64,000 bases of DNA from Camelus dromedarius (taxonomy: Eukaryota), in the NCBI RefSeq assembly GCF_036321535.1, contig NC_087437.1, positions 10,728,001 through 10,792,000 of the forward strand, given 5' to 3'. Of the stretch, positions 1 through 12,502 are shown piece by piece. Position 1 is the stretch's first letter. Each line of letters opens with the position of its first letter. Below the pieces are notes generated by a model, which saw only the letters and a program-made list of their open reading frames with translations, was not told where the DNA came from and did not search any database. A program made the translations under genes and the position numbers.

Positions 1-3000
1 CCTGAAAATGTGGGTTTCGAAAGGCTTCCCAGCCTGCAGAATAAGTAGATGGAACAGAACCACCAACAGAGCTGACATTAAGCAATTCAACTATGTTCCT
101 TACCTCTCAGTGCCTAACCTAAATGCCAATATGAAAAGGCTTTTGTGTCTACCAGACAAGGAAAGGAAGTATCAGCAAATCAAAAAGTAAGATCATCATG
201 AGTTGCCTTTATTTTTATGTACATTCTAATTGAATAATTCAGATTCCATCTCATTTTTTTGTAAATAGAAGTTTGAACTAGATCTCTCTTTGGATTCCAT
301 GTTCTACCTTAATTGCGGGGCCACACACACTGAAACGAAACACCCATCTTCTGGGCTCACCCTGTTATTGACTGCTGTTATGTTTCCAAAGCCTGCCAAA
401 TGCTTTTTTGTTTTTTAAATAAGCAAATCTACCCACGGGACGTTCCAGAAGGGCCATCCTGCGCTCCTCAGCGTGTGGTGCTGGAAATTTGTTTTTCATC
501 CTTCAGTGACCTTGGAGCCAATAGAACAAAGTGAATTTTTTTCTTTCACTAGCATTCTGCTCATTGACAAGGCAGATATAGTTCAGAGAGACTAAGAAAT
601 ACTAAGAGCAAAACTTGTAACTCATATGTACAGTTGAATAACACCCCAAATTAGTTCAACTGTCTGCTTAACTGACTGATTTTCGTTTTCTTCCACCCTC
701 TCTAATCATGAGAAAATAAGTGAGATGTAAAAGAACCATAACCTTTTGACAAATGCAGACACAATTATGAAGCCACAATTAAATTAACCAAAATAGGAGA
801 GAAAAAAAGCAAATGCTGTTTGACAGCAGGGGAGCGCTGTCAACACCTTCAGGCCCTCTGCAGTTACCTTTCTACTGCTCTGAGGTCTGCCATGCACACT
901 CAGCATGTGAGCAAATTACTCGTGCCTTGGGCCACCTTAGGTTGTCAGGGAAGCTTCTGGAGAAGGTCCGTGGCTGTAGTGTTGAGAGCTACTGTACCTG
1001 TCTCCATTCCTCTCCATTCCATGTTCCTCAGAACTTTTGTGAGCTGTGAAAACCACAGATTAGAACGAAGCCCCCTTGTCTCAGCATATTTTTTATATAA
1101 TGAATCAAATAATTGTGTTAGTTTTACATGTTGGAAAATAAAAACTATAAAATTCACTTTGTGCTAAACAGTTTTATTCTGAATAACTAAAAGATCCCCC
1201 CCACCCCCACCCCCACCTTGGTCTTGGCTCCAAGTCCTGTGAGTTTGGGTGGGGGTCAGGTGCTTTCTCCAGTTTCCAGATGAAGAGTCCCAGCACGGCG
1301 GTTAAGTGACTGAGTTGGCTGTCGTGTCTGTGGCCTTGCAGGACAGCGGCAAGCCGGTGGATGACACTTGTGGAGTTATTTTATGATTTGGAGTAGATGT
1401 GACAGGTGGGCACTTTGAGCCACTGAGCTGCCTCTCAGAAGGCCTTCGGCACACAGTTGGAGTCAGTGTGAAAGCCCGAGATACGAGATGCGGCACTTCT
1501 GGAACTGCTAGCGCTGCATGCAGAAGACCGGGGTTCAGGTCTCTGCTGGGTCACAGCCACTCAGTGACCTGTGGTCACTGGGCCCTTCTGGCCTGCCGTA
1601 CGGGCTGCTGCTTGCGGGGGCCTTAGCTTAGTGCTCGGGCTCAAATCCTGGCCTGCCTTCTCTGTTTCCTGTTTCCTCACCTATAAAGTGGTAACAGTGT
1701 CTACCTCGTAGGTTATGTACAACGCTCTCAAACCCTGTGTGATTTTTGGTGTGTAATAAACCATCTAGAGCTTATGAGTATTATATTACTATTACTATTA
1801 GTAGGATTAATGGGATGTTTCACAGCATGCTATAAACTTTATTGATACATAATCGGAGGAGATTAAATATGTAGATAAATATCTATAATATAAGGTGGAT
1901 GAGGATGCTCTAAAGCTCTTTGGTAATTACAGAAAAGAGATGATTTCCATCAGGGTTATCAAGGGTTGTATTTTTGAGCTTGATCCTAAAGGGCATAAAG
2001 ATTTGGACGTGCCGAGGCTAGAGGAGTTGCAAGTGGTGAAGGCCATCCCAAGGGGAAGCAAAAACGTGAACAAGGTGGAATGCTGTATCCCTGAGTTACT
2101 ACATTGATTTCAAGGGATCATTACATTTCATTCATCTTTTGGCCAAGTATCTGCGTCTGTATGAACCTCCTGTTTTAGGTACTGGAAGTTCTTACAATAT
2201 TTTATAATTCACCGAATACTTTAATTTCCACAGAAAACTGTGAAGATAGGTTTCGTTGCTTTCATTTGCTAGATAAGGAAGCCGAGGCTCTCCCAGCAGG
2301 GATCAGCAGAAGGGGAGGCCCAGCGGTACAAGCACCCAATTTCATGTCTGTCTGCAGCAATACCCTGTCTCTGTCAGTCAAAGCTGAAACACATTCAAGG
2401 CCATCAGCCATCAGCCAGTGTAGTGGGCCCACGGTTGCTTTCCTAAGATGTTTGCTATGTTCACAAGGGCTGGAGAAGCAGTTTAGATGACCCCAGGTAA
2501 ATCCAACGCCACTACTGTACACGTAACCCCAAACCCACAAGTTGCTGCTGCCGATCCCGGGAAGGCAGCCACAAAGTAAGTGTTCTGATTAACACTGGGC
2601 GTGATCTTGCTCCATTTTGCTAGTTAGCTGAAGTTTGCCAGGTAGCTTTGATTCGGATAGTGTTGTCTTTGTTAAATTGAAATTGACCGATAAATGAATT
2701 TCAGGTCTTAAAGGTATGCTACAGTGTGTTCTTGATTATTTAACTAAGATATTTGTCAAAATAAGAAGGAAGAATTTTTACATGTTGATATTAGGAAATT
2801 ATAAATTCATAATAGTCAAATAATTAAAGTAGGACTTTGTTCATAGACCGTCGTCCTCTGAACAATTTTCTACTTACCATCAGTATCACTTCTTTTAAAA
2901 GGATTTTTAATATGGGTAAAATGTCATGACTTGCATTGATTATTTATTTTAGCTGATATAATAAGCCACCAAAGCTTGTATTTTTTCCGTCAATCTCCAA

Positions 3001-4039
3001 GACAAACATTTCAAGTATTAGAAGCATAGTCTATTTCCCATGATTGTGCTATTGCATATTTGTTACTTTTTAAATATGAAGTTAGCATATTTCTACTTGA
3101 AATGTCTTGATTACATTGCATATTCTGAAAACTCACAATGCTCTAATAAAACTGTTACTTCCTGAGTAAAATGACTCTATGATGTGACATTTATATTAAA
3201 TGTGATTTTCATCTACTATGTAGGGTTTTCTGAAATTATAACAAATTGTAATTCCATTCAGTTCTGGTTGCGTTGTAAGCTTGGGAGTGAACTGAAGTGA
3301 TTTGTCATAAATACCCCGCTAAGGGATTGGTTTGGAATACAGTGTAACTAATTTTTCATTTTTAATAATACAAGATTAGCATCATTCAGTATGAAATATT
3401 ATATTCTTATACAGCATAATTCAAAAATGTCTCCCCATTGCTGTCACTGTGCAGTATTGATTTTAACTTGATGTCTTCATTGTCTGACATTTTCTCTACT
3501 TTATATGCTGCTTATTCTTAATATTGCTAAGAATTGTGTGTGAATGTATGCCTTTGTTCCCAACGTCTGTCAAGAAATTCTCTCAGCATTTGGAAGGAGA
3601 AGGAGTCTTGCCCTCCGTTGATAGTTCTTCTCTGCCTACCCAGGGCTACGATTGTGCGTGATGAAAAACTACAACTTCTCACCACTTGGGTTTGCTGTGC
3701 ACCACCAGCGCTGAGTGCCAGGATTTCTGCACCCCAGCTCAGGGAACTCGCAGTCTCTCCCTTCCCCTGGTTGCTGGATACCCAGCAGTCTAGGCCGACA
3801 GGAGGAAGGGAGTGGAGTTGGAGACAGGACAAGAGTTAAGCAATACCTGGGCAGTTTGAGGTTAAGGAAAGAACGAGACCAGCTCCAAGCCAGATACCAA
3901 TGTAGAAAAATTGGGGTTGTTTTTTTTTTGGCTCCCACCTCATCTTTTGCATCCCTCGTTCTCTCATGTACTCTTATCTCTCTGTATGTGGTTGAAGAAT
4001 TCTTTTACCACAATAGGTTACCTGTTATAAGCAGGGACG

Positions 4040-4215
4040 CTGGAGCCACTTATCAGCAGTGTGACCTTGAGCAAGTTAACTGAACCCCTCTGTGCCTCAG
4101 TTTCCTTGTCTGTAAAACTGGGATAGTGTGTAATAGTACCCCATCCTGATTGGGATGTAAAGTGTGTGTAACAGTGCCTAGCATGCAGGAGACTGTGTAA
4201 TAAATTATTCTTACT
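4040..4215 (+). mobile_element. MIR SINE
   Basis: gtgtgaccttgagcaagttaac...ctctgtgcctcagtttccttgtctgtaaaactgggata core. Confidence 0.85.
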
Positions 4216-5879
4216 GCAAATTAGATGGGTGAGGCTGTCTATGGGGGAGATGCCACATACACACCTGGAAGGGGCTCAGTAAATACTCGTTTACTGAATG
4301 TTCCGTTCCCCCGAAGACCTGCCTTTTCTTATAGGCGCCTCTTGCTCAGGATTACCTCTCGGTCGTTTTCCCCCTTGAAACTTTCATTCCTTTGGTGTAC
4401 AGTCCCATAAGGGTGCTAAGAGAGAAAAGATGATCATCAAACTAAACTCAACCACTCTGAGGCAGGAATGACTAGGGACCCAGCCCTAGCAATGTTTTCT
4501 TTTAAAATCATATTAATTGGCGGGATTCGAGGCAACTTGGAATTTGGGAAGGAGAGCCTGAGCCTGTAACCTGGACGCCTGGATCAGAAGATGCGGCATC
4601 ATTGTGAGCTGTGAGAGGTCCAAGATCCGGTATCCACCATATATGGACCCCCGTAATCAGGAGTGGTCGTGGCCCTCACGGCAGGTCTCATGGAACATTT
4701 GGGCCATGGCCTCTTGCCAGTGACTGTGGATGGCCTGGGCTCCAAGGCCCCTAGATGCCAGGTGTCTGCAGAGAGGGCCTCAGAGTAGCTTCTGAATCTG
4801 CTGCTTTGCTCTCTTCCCTCCCCATTGAGTTTTTTGGGGTTTTTTCCCTCCAACTTTTGGCTGGCTTTTTAAAAATAGTCCATAAACTGCTTATTATTTC
4901 TCCTAAATTACTACCCAGCGTAATAGAGTAACCACTGGCTACATCATTATGTTTCAGACTAAACCCATTTTAAGTTTATTCTGATACAGTTATTAACTCC
5001 ATGCTGAGTGATTGTCACGTATTGTAACATTTATTGTAATGTAACATGGTCCTCTGTTTTCACCTCAAAAGAATCAGAGGGATTAATGCTAGCCACGTTC
5101 ATTAAGCCAATTCTGATGAATAGGTTAAGGACCAGAATATTCTTGATAAATTAAAATGTACAGAGCATCTGAATTGCATCATCAGGCCTCGTTTAAAACC
5201 AGCATGTTTGCATGTCCCATGTCACTGCTGTGGCCCTCTGATGCTCCCCATGGCCATCAAGCCCTGCTTACACTTGGCCAACAACCCAGCCACTCTGGCA
5301 GGGGAGCACCTGGTCACAGCGCAAGGTAACAACTGTCTGTGCTGTCTACGAGGGTGCTCTCTGAAGGGTAAGCCAGAACCTGACCCACAAAGTCAGCAGT
5401 ATTGTCAGAGGATTCTGTGTCAATGGTAGATTGGCCGTTTCATCCTCTATTTAAACGTACTCACTACTTTTTCTCCAAGGAGACAAAATAAAGCCAATAT
5501 CTTACTTTTCATCAGAACAGCTTAGTTACACTGTCATGCAGGGGCAGTGCTGTGGCATAACCCTGCTCTGCAGAACTGAGCCGTCCAGGAAGGATGTCTG
5601 TTCAGCATTGGAATAGTATCAGCTGTCCACATGAAAGTTTACATTCACTTTTAGTACCTTCCAAACACAGGACACTGTTCTAGAACCTGGGAAAGATGGA
5701 GAGAGAGAGAGCTGTATGTGCATACATTAGTGTTAGTTTAGAAATTTTATCATGCTGAAAAAGACTTCGTAAATTCCACTTAAATCCAAAGCAAAACAAA
5801 TGAACAGTCATCTTAAATCAACATTTGATTACGTAATACCCATTCCTTGATTAAGTGTGACATAAGTAGGAGTTGCTAG

Positions 5880-6055
5880 AGGCAGAGTTGATGTAGTGAC
5901 AAGTCCCTCTCCAGTTACTGTAATTGGGGGATAATTAAATAGCCTTCCTCAGCTTCAGTTTCCTCATCTACAGAATGAGTAACACTTGTACTGCTTACTA
6001 CTTAGGGTTGGTGGTGGGACTCAGATGGGATAATACGTGAGAAGGTGCTTCATTA
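5880..6055 (+). mobile_element. MIR SINE
   Basis: cttcagtttcctcatctacagaatgag core. Confidence 0.7.
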
Positions 6056-6097
6056 TTTACTAGTTTTTTGTTGTTGTTGTTGTTTAAAAGGTTCAAA

Positions 6098-6227
6098 CTT
6101 TTTTGAGGAGAAGGGAGAAGATAATTAGGTTGGTTGGTTTGTTTGTTTGTTTATGGAGGTACTGGAGATCGAACCCAGGACCTTGTGCATGCTAAGCACG
6201 TGCTCTACCTCTGAGCTCTACCCTCCA
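6098..6227 (-). mobile_element. tRNA-Ala-derived SINE (Vic-1-like, camelid)
   Basis: Reverse complement reads ggagggtagagctcagaggtagagcacgtgcttagcatgcacaaggtcctgggttcgatctccagtacctcc (A and B boxes), followed by the aacctaatt tail and poly(A). Confidence 0.85.
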
Positions 6228-6449
6228 CCACCAAATGTTTTTTAAACATACATGTTTGAAGTCTTAAATACAAATGATACAGTTAGCAATCTAGACTCTA
6301 AGACTATTAACTACATATCTTTATCTTAGAAAATCGTTTAGCTAACATCCACTGAAAAGCAAGTATGTCATAACCTGAGCTTTTACCGATACTCAGATTT
6401 TCATGTTAGTTTTTGTCTCATTCAGAGGGGTACTGCTTCATATAACTGA

Positions 6450-6690
6450 TAGCTAACATTGATGGACTTCTTACCATTTTTCTCCATGTTATTTTTACTC
6501 TTCAAGTATTATTTCTACGTGTCATAGTATCTCATCCTCACAGCAGTCCTACGATGTAGGTAATGTTCTTATCACCATTGAAGGAACTGAAACGGAATTT
6601 CTCAGAGAAGTTTCCAAGGTCACACAGCTAATGAGAGGAAAAGCCAAGATGGAACTCAGATCTGTGATTCCAGAGCCCAGGCAGCTCGCC
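6450..6690 (-). mobile_element. MIR SINE
   Basis: tcctcacagcagtcct...ccaaggtcacacagcta...ttccagagccc. Confidence 0.75.
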
Positions 6691-6988
6691 TTGCCTCTGC
6701 AACAGGCAATTTGAATCACTCTAAATTTAGTTTAGTTCATCTCACATTCAAAAGTCAGAAATTTCTAAGAGACCTGTTATCGTAAAGTAACTTCAGAACT
6801 GGCGAGACCATAGCTTTTCCCCACAGAAGTACCCATTCGATTTTGCTAATGAAGGGAAGCTGGCAAATTCACGACCTGACTGTGGGATGAAAATCGGTGA
6901 CTCTCTGGCTTCTCGGAGACCGCTGGTGGTTATGCAGTGGCTGGGGTGGAAATCCTTTAGAGAACAGGAGATGTGGGCTCCTCTTGTG

Positions 6989-7025
6989 CAGGCCTGTGGA
7001 ACGCTGGCCAGGCCTGTGGAACGCT
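6989..7025 (+). repeat. Short tandem duplication (caggcctgtggaacgct x2, period 20)
   Basis: Directly visible. Confidence 0.9.
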
Positions 7026-7880
7026 CTCTGTCCGTCACATCTCCAAATCCGACTCACCCCTCAGCTTCCTGGCCATATACTACAGCTGACTTTATTCCTT
7101 AGCTAATGACAAGTGTAGTGGCACATTTAAAGAATTACTTAAACGATTTTAATTGAACATCTGCAAAGCTTTCTTGAACAATAGCTATCAAAGGGAAAAT
7201 GTGTGTGTTTAACTGTCACTGAGAGTTATGTAGTGTGCCTCAGTTTTGACAGAATTTCTAGTTTGGCCAAACTTCTCATCTCAGAGCACTAGTGTGCGTT
7301 TATGAGTTTAAGCTCACATTCTTTAGAGCTGGATAAATTCCCGTAATTCACACAGTTATAGAGGAAGACTTCTTAACTGTCTCCTTACTAGAACACCTAC
7401 AAAGGTGTCCCTTAAAGTATGGTGCTTTACCACCAGCGGTGTGCAGGGTGCTCACTGGCCGTACAGAATAAGCACTTTAAAAATGTATAATTATCTATAC
7501 AAATGTTAATTTATATTGAGAAAAGTATGTAACTGGTATGTCAAAGCTATGATTTCATGATTTTTAAATGGAGGCTAAACTAGATCTTTTATTTTTTCAA
7601 AGGTCTTACACGGGTATTTTGCTTTTTAAAAGAATTAAAGAATATATTCGATGAAGGATACTAGAGTTAGTACCTGAATAGACGGACACACATATAAATG
7701 ATACGTGGGAAACATTGGCCCATAATATGCATAGTTTGCTCACAGCTGGTTTTCTACAGTGTAGCGGCCCTTGCCTTTGTGACAGTCTCTAATGAAAGCT
7801 GTGGATTGTTTATTTGCATTATGGTAAACTCTTTACAGAATCTTTTGTCCTGTTTCAAAATAATAGCTAACCTCTGAGTC

Positions 7881-7958
7881 TTTTTTTTTTTTTTTAATTG
7901 AAGTATAGTCAGTTACAGTGTGTCAATTTCAGGCGTACAGCATAATGTTTCAGTCATA
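7881..7958 (-). mobile_element. Very short L1 3' end
   Basis: Poly(T) plus attgaagtatagtcagttac, as in other L1 ends here. Degenerate TSD ctgagtctt / ctgggtctt. Confidence 0.75.
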
Positions 7959-8539
7959 CTGGGTCTTATTTCCTTCTTTCTCTTATAACAGTACATTTAT
8001 TACTTGCCAGCTCTTTCACGACAGGAGAGGCTCCACAGAGTTTTCTATGATGTGTTTCCAAAATAAATCCAAAGCAGCAATTCTCTTTCTTGGTAATTTA
8101 AATGAGAACTTACTATGGAAAAGGCTGAGATAAAACTTCAAAGCAGTTTTTCCCTGAAAAAATTAGATACTCAGTAAGTAAAGCTGGCCATAGGAAGTAT
8201 CAGTGCTCTGTTAAAACATGAGATGTATGCTCCCCTGGGATTTCAGAGTAACTCTGGATCATATACTTTATTACATGTGCTTAGAGCTTTTGAATTTGGC
8301 TGCAAAAGAAACCTCAGGTTTAAAGGTTTTCTTTCCTTGGCTTTTGACCATTTAAGTGTGTTTTTCCCTTCGTGGTATTATGTTTGAAAATAATATAAAT
8401 TGAAAAGCCTAAGATTTGTGCTTTTGTAAAGTTTTTTTGTTGTTTTATCTGTTGGTTTTAATGGAGAAATAACTGCCAGAAATAATGTGGCTTTTGGAAT
8501 CCAACTGACGTGGTTCGGATACGGGAGGGTATACCTCTA

Positions 8540-9253
8540 GGGAGGGTATAGCTCAGTGGTAGAGCATGTGCTTAGCATGCAGGAGGTCCTGGGTTCAGTC
8601 CCCAGTACCTCCAGTAAAAAAAAAATTTTAAATAAATAAATATTTCTGGTTTGTAAATAAAATTTGTATTTTTTTAGATTCCACATATAAGTTATATCAT
8701 ATGATGTTTGTATTTCTCTGTCTGACTTCATTTAATATGATAATCTCTAGGTCCATCTATCATATTGCTGCAAATGGCATTATTTCATTCTTTTTATGGC
8801 TGAGTGATATTGTATATATATGTGTGTATATATATATATGTGTGTGTGTGTACACACACACACAATCTTCTTTATCCATTCATCTGTTGATGGACATTTA
8901 GGTTTTTTCCACGTCTCAAGGACATAGAAAACAAACTGGTTACGAAAGGGGAAAAGCAGGGCAGGGATAAATCAGGAGCTTGGGGTTAACAAGTACACAT
9001 TACTGTATATAAAATAGGTAAACAACAAGGTCCTACTGTATAGCACAGGGAACTATATTCAGTTTCTTGCAATAAGCTATAATGGAAAAGAATCTGAAAA
9101 TATATGTGTATATATATGTATGTATATGTATAACTGAATCGCTTTGCTGTACACCTAAAGTAAGATTGTAAATCAACTACACTTCAATAAAGAATAGAAT
9201 TTAAAAATAAAGAAATAAATAAACCTAATTACCTCCCCCTCTCCAAAAAAAAA
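8540..9253 (+). mobile_element. Vic-1-like SINE split by an L1 insertion (head 8540-8640, tail 9213-9253)
   Basis: Head gggagggtatagctcagtggtagagcatgtgcttagcatgcaggaggtcctgggttcagtccccagtacctcc. The tail aaacctaattacctcccc plus poly(A) resumes after the L1. Confidence 0.85.
8641..9212 (+). mobile_element. 5'-truncated L1 3' end with twin-priming inversion (8641-8916 inverted, 8917-9212 forward)
   Basis: The two pieces are adjacent in the L1 3' sequence seen in other copies here (...cagaaata / gactcacagacatagaaaac...). TSD aaataaataaa at 8630-8640 and 9213-9223. Confidence 0.85.
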
Positions 9254-9499
9254 GATACTGATCCTCCACTTACTTTTCCTGTTACTTTGGGCAAGATGCC
9301 TGACCGAGCCGCAGTTACACCAACTGAAAATGGGCCTGACAACCCTTACTTAATGGAGTTGCAGTCAGGATTACAGTGATGTACTGTAAACGGTTTAATG
9401 CAACATCAGGACAGGGTAAATAGATGGTACCTATTTACCATCTATTTTGTCTTAATTTATTTTTGTTTTATGTTTGTTTTATTTTCAGCAGTCAACAGT

Positions 9500-9905
9500 G
9501 ACTCCATAAATTCCAGTCATGTAACCCTGATGTTCGAAGCCTCACTGAATTCCAGGCAGCCTTCTTTCTTGAACTTCTCCTGCAGAGCCTCCTTCCCTTG
9601 CTCCACAGAGACCATTGCAGACTTTGCTCCTCACCTCCTGTACCTTCTCAAGCTGAGATGTCTGCCTTCCCCCATCCCAGGCCTTCTTGTAGTCCCGCAG
9701 GCCATTTGCCCTTTTGCTTCAGTCTTGACTACTGTTTTATCTGGACTTCTAGGTGGTGGTGCACAATTTAGCAGTTGTTTTTTTTCCTCTGCTTCCTCTA
9801 TTCAAATCTTGGTTTCTCCAATCAGATTGTAAGTACTCAAGGACAAAGAACACTATATCCTGTACTTTTCCCATATTACCCATAATTATCTGGCTTAATG
9901 CCAAA
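9500..9905 (+). mobile_element. L2 fragments
   Basis: Pyrimidine-rich body and agattgtaagtactcaaggacaaagaac 3' motif. Confidence 0.5.
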
Positions 9906-10197
9906 TAATAATAATAATAATAATAAAAGAGGATGTTAAAATCAGACCCATTGAGAAAATGGAAGCATGGTAGTCATAAAGTAAAATAAGAGCATGACGC
10001 ATTGTGTGTGTTTACTTTGGGATGGTTATGCTGCCTTGAACAGCTAGTAGTACTCACAGCAGTTGCTAGGAGACAACATTAAAGTCGAATTAATTGGGGG
10101 AAATACCTAACTACCCAGTAATGGAAATGAGATGGAGAAGAGAAAACACCCTAAATCCCTGATGTCAGAAGACTTGAGTTCAAATGTTATTACTCTA

Positions 10198-10576
10198 CCA
10201 GGAAGGAGAAATACCATATGATATCACTCATATGTGGAATCTAAAAATAAAAGATAAAAAAAGGACACTAATGAACTCACCTACAAAACAGAAACAGACT
10301 CACAGACATAGTAAACATTCTTATGGTTATCTGGGGAAAACGGGTGGGAAGGGGTAAATTTGGGAGTTTGAGATTTGTAAATGTTAGCTACTATATATAA
10401 AAATAGATTTTTAAGTTTCTTCTGTATAACACAGGGAACTATATTCAATATCTTGTAATAACCTTTAATGAAAATGAATATGAAAACAAATATATGTATG
10501 TATATGCATGACTGGGGCACTGTGCTGTACACCAGAAATTGACACATTGTAACTGACTGTACTTCAGTTTTTTCAA
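10198..10576 (+). mobile_element. L1 3' end inserted in a MIR
   Basis: L1 3'UTR motifs (atcactcatatgtggaatctaaaa, gggaactatattcaatatcttgtaata). TSD aaatgttat(t/c)actcta at 10182-10197 and 10577-10592. Confidence 0.9.
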
Positions 10577-10699
10577 AAATGTTATCACTCTAGTTGCATG
10601 ACCTTGAACAGCTCACTTAACATTAGGTATGATATTTAAGGGACTGAGGGGCGTGGGGAACCCAACCAAACAACTGATAAAACATCCAAACAGACTTGG

Positions 10700-10890
10700 A
10701 CTCTGAAGATTTAAATCTTGGGTCTGGAACTGACTCACTGCCTATGTGTTCTTGATGTCATCCATCTCCTAATTTCCTCCTCTCTAAATTGAGCAGGATG
10801 AAATCCCCTGCACAGGGCTGTGGGGATGACATTAGGACGTGTGTGTTGATGCCTGGGGTACTGTGGGCATGTAGTAAATGTTGTGTTTAT
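10700..10890 (+). mobile_element. MIR SINE
   Basis: tttaaatcttgggtctg...aatttcctcctctctaaattg...tagtaaatgtt. Confidence 0.6.
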
Positions 10891-11787
10891 CTTTAAATAA
10901 ACCTCTGTGGATCCCCATTGCCTTGGTTGTGAATTGACAGACTTCAGTGAGACAGTCACCAAAATCCCTATGTCAGTTACGTCACAAGGAAGGTAAGTAA
11001 GGATACTGTTTGTTTAAGCTCATTGCGGATTTTTAATTTACCTAAAAGAATCAGTTGCAGCAAAATATGGATGCATCTACATTATGTAAGGCATTAGTAG
11101 AATTTTTTTCTGATTCAGACTAGTGGAGACCTGTGGCATCTTCCCCTTGAGTTTTGCCTTTCCATTGCACCCAGTAAGAATGTCTGTATATCACCCTGTT
11201 AGAGTGAGCAAGTACCCCAGTAGTAACTTTAAGTAGAGTTGAACCTGTCAGGCTGGCCATTCACTGGCAGAAGAAGAGCTGTATTTTATAATGCATGTGT
11301 CAAGTTTGACTTCTCCTTAATATTAACACATGACTAAATAAGTTCCAAGAGAATGTAACGTTGACTCACTCCATTTTTCAGTGATGCATTCTGTCTACTG
11401 AAGAGACAAATGTAATCTATTGCCAATTTGTATTTTCACTTGACATCCTCCGATTTCTAAAATAAACACAAAATCAGTTTTCTTTTGATTTACTTTCCCA
11501 ACTTTTCTATGCACACAAACTTTCAATATTGTCCCTCTTTGACAAGTTTCTGAATAACAGTTTACAATGCCCGGTTTTATAGGGCCGGCATGTTGCTCTG
11601 TACTCAGGTGTTACAAGGCTCAAGTAGCACCAATCTGGATCTTCAGGTTAAAGGAGCTGGTGTCTGTCAGGCAGGTTGGAAAACTTCAGAGCATTACAGT
11701 AGTCAGAGGTCTCCTGGGAAAGTCATGTTTACCAGTGATCAAAGATGGTGGTCCCAACTGATAGATTGGAATCCACCAATAGATCTT

Positions 11788-12000
11788 TTTATAATTTACT
11801 TATTTTATTTATTGAAGTACAGTCAGTTACAGTGTGTCAATCTCTGGTGTACAGCACAATGTCCCAGTCATGCATATACATACATATATTCTTTTTCATA
11901 TTTTTTCATTAAAGTTTATTATAAGATATTGAACATAGTTCCCTGTGCTATACAGAAGAAACTTTTTTAAAACTTATTTTTACATATAATGGCTAACATG
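11788..12000 (-). mobile_element. L1 3' end adjoining a Vic-1-like SINE
   Basis: Reverse complement of the same L1 3'UTR as 10380-10570. Confidence 0.85.
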
Positions 12001-12013
12001 GCTTTTGATGTGC

Positions 12014-12158
12014 TTTTTTTTTTTTCTTTAATTTTTTGCAGGGGGCACACAATTAACTTTACTTATTTACTTTATTTTTAGAGGAGGTACTGGGGTTTGA
12101 ACCTAGGTCCTTGTGTGTGCTAAGTGTGTGCCCTACCACTTGAGCTGTACCCTCCCCC
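12014..12158 (-). mobile_element. Vic-1-like SINE
   Basis: tRNA-Ala-like head on the minus strand, AT-rich tail, and poly(T) on the plus strand. Confidence 0.85.
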
Positions 12159-12502
12159 TACCGATAAATCTTAAAGTCAGACCTTGTAGATCTCTGAAAG
12201 AGGTCCTACTGCTTCACCTTTTCTCTCCTGCTGCGCAAAATTAGTTTGGTACTGCCCTTCTTGTTTCCTGGGGATTCTCACCATCTAGGGAAATGAAAAC
12301 CTCTCTGCTTCCAAAAAGGCTACAAATCCTGATCTCTTTGATCCAGGGGGCAGACAGGCAGGTCCATGAGGTCCAATGTCATGGGTATATGATGTATTAT
12401 AGTAAATACAAGGATATTTGGTTTGCACAGGAGGAATTGTGCCTTCCTCCACAAACACTGACATTTCAGGTTTGGTTTTTATTTTTCTTAAAATTGTTCT
12501 TT

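Noticed and set aside
12420..12470. Cryptic acceptors (gcacag|G at 12430, tttcag|G at 12469) that might fuse UBE2E2 to RPL9
   Set aside because: Both enter the RPL9 frame in phase 0, whereas this UBE2E2 intron is phase 2, so no in-frame fusion results.
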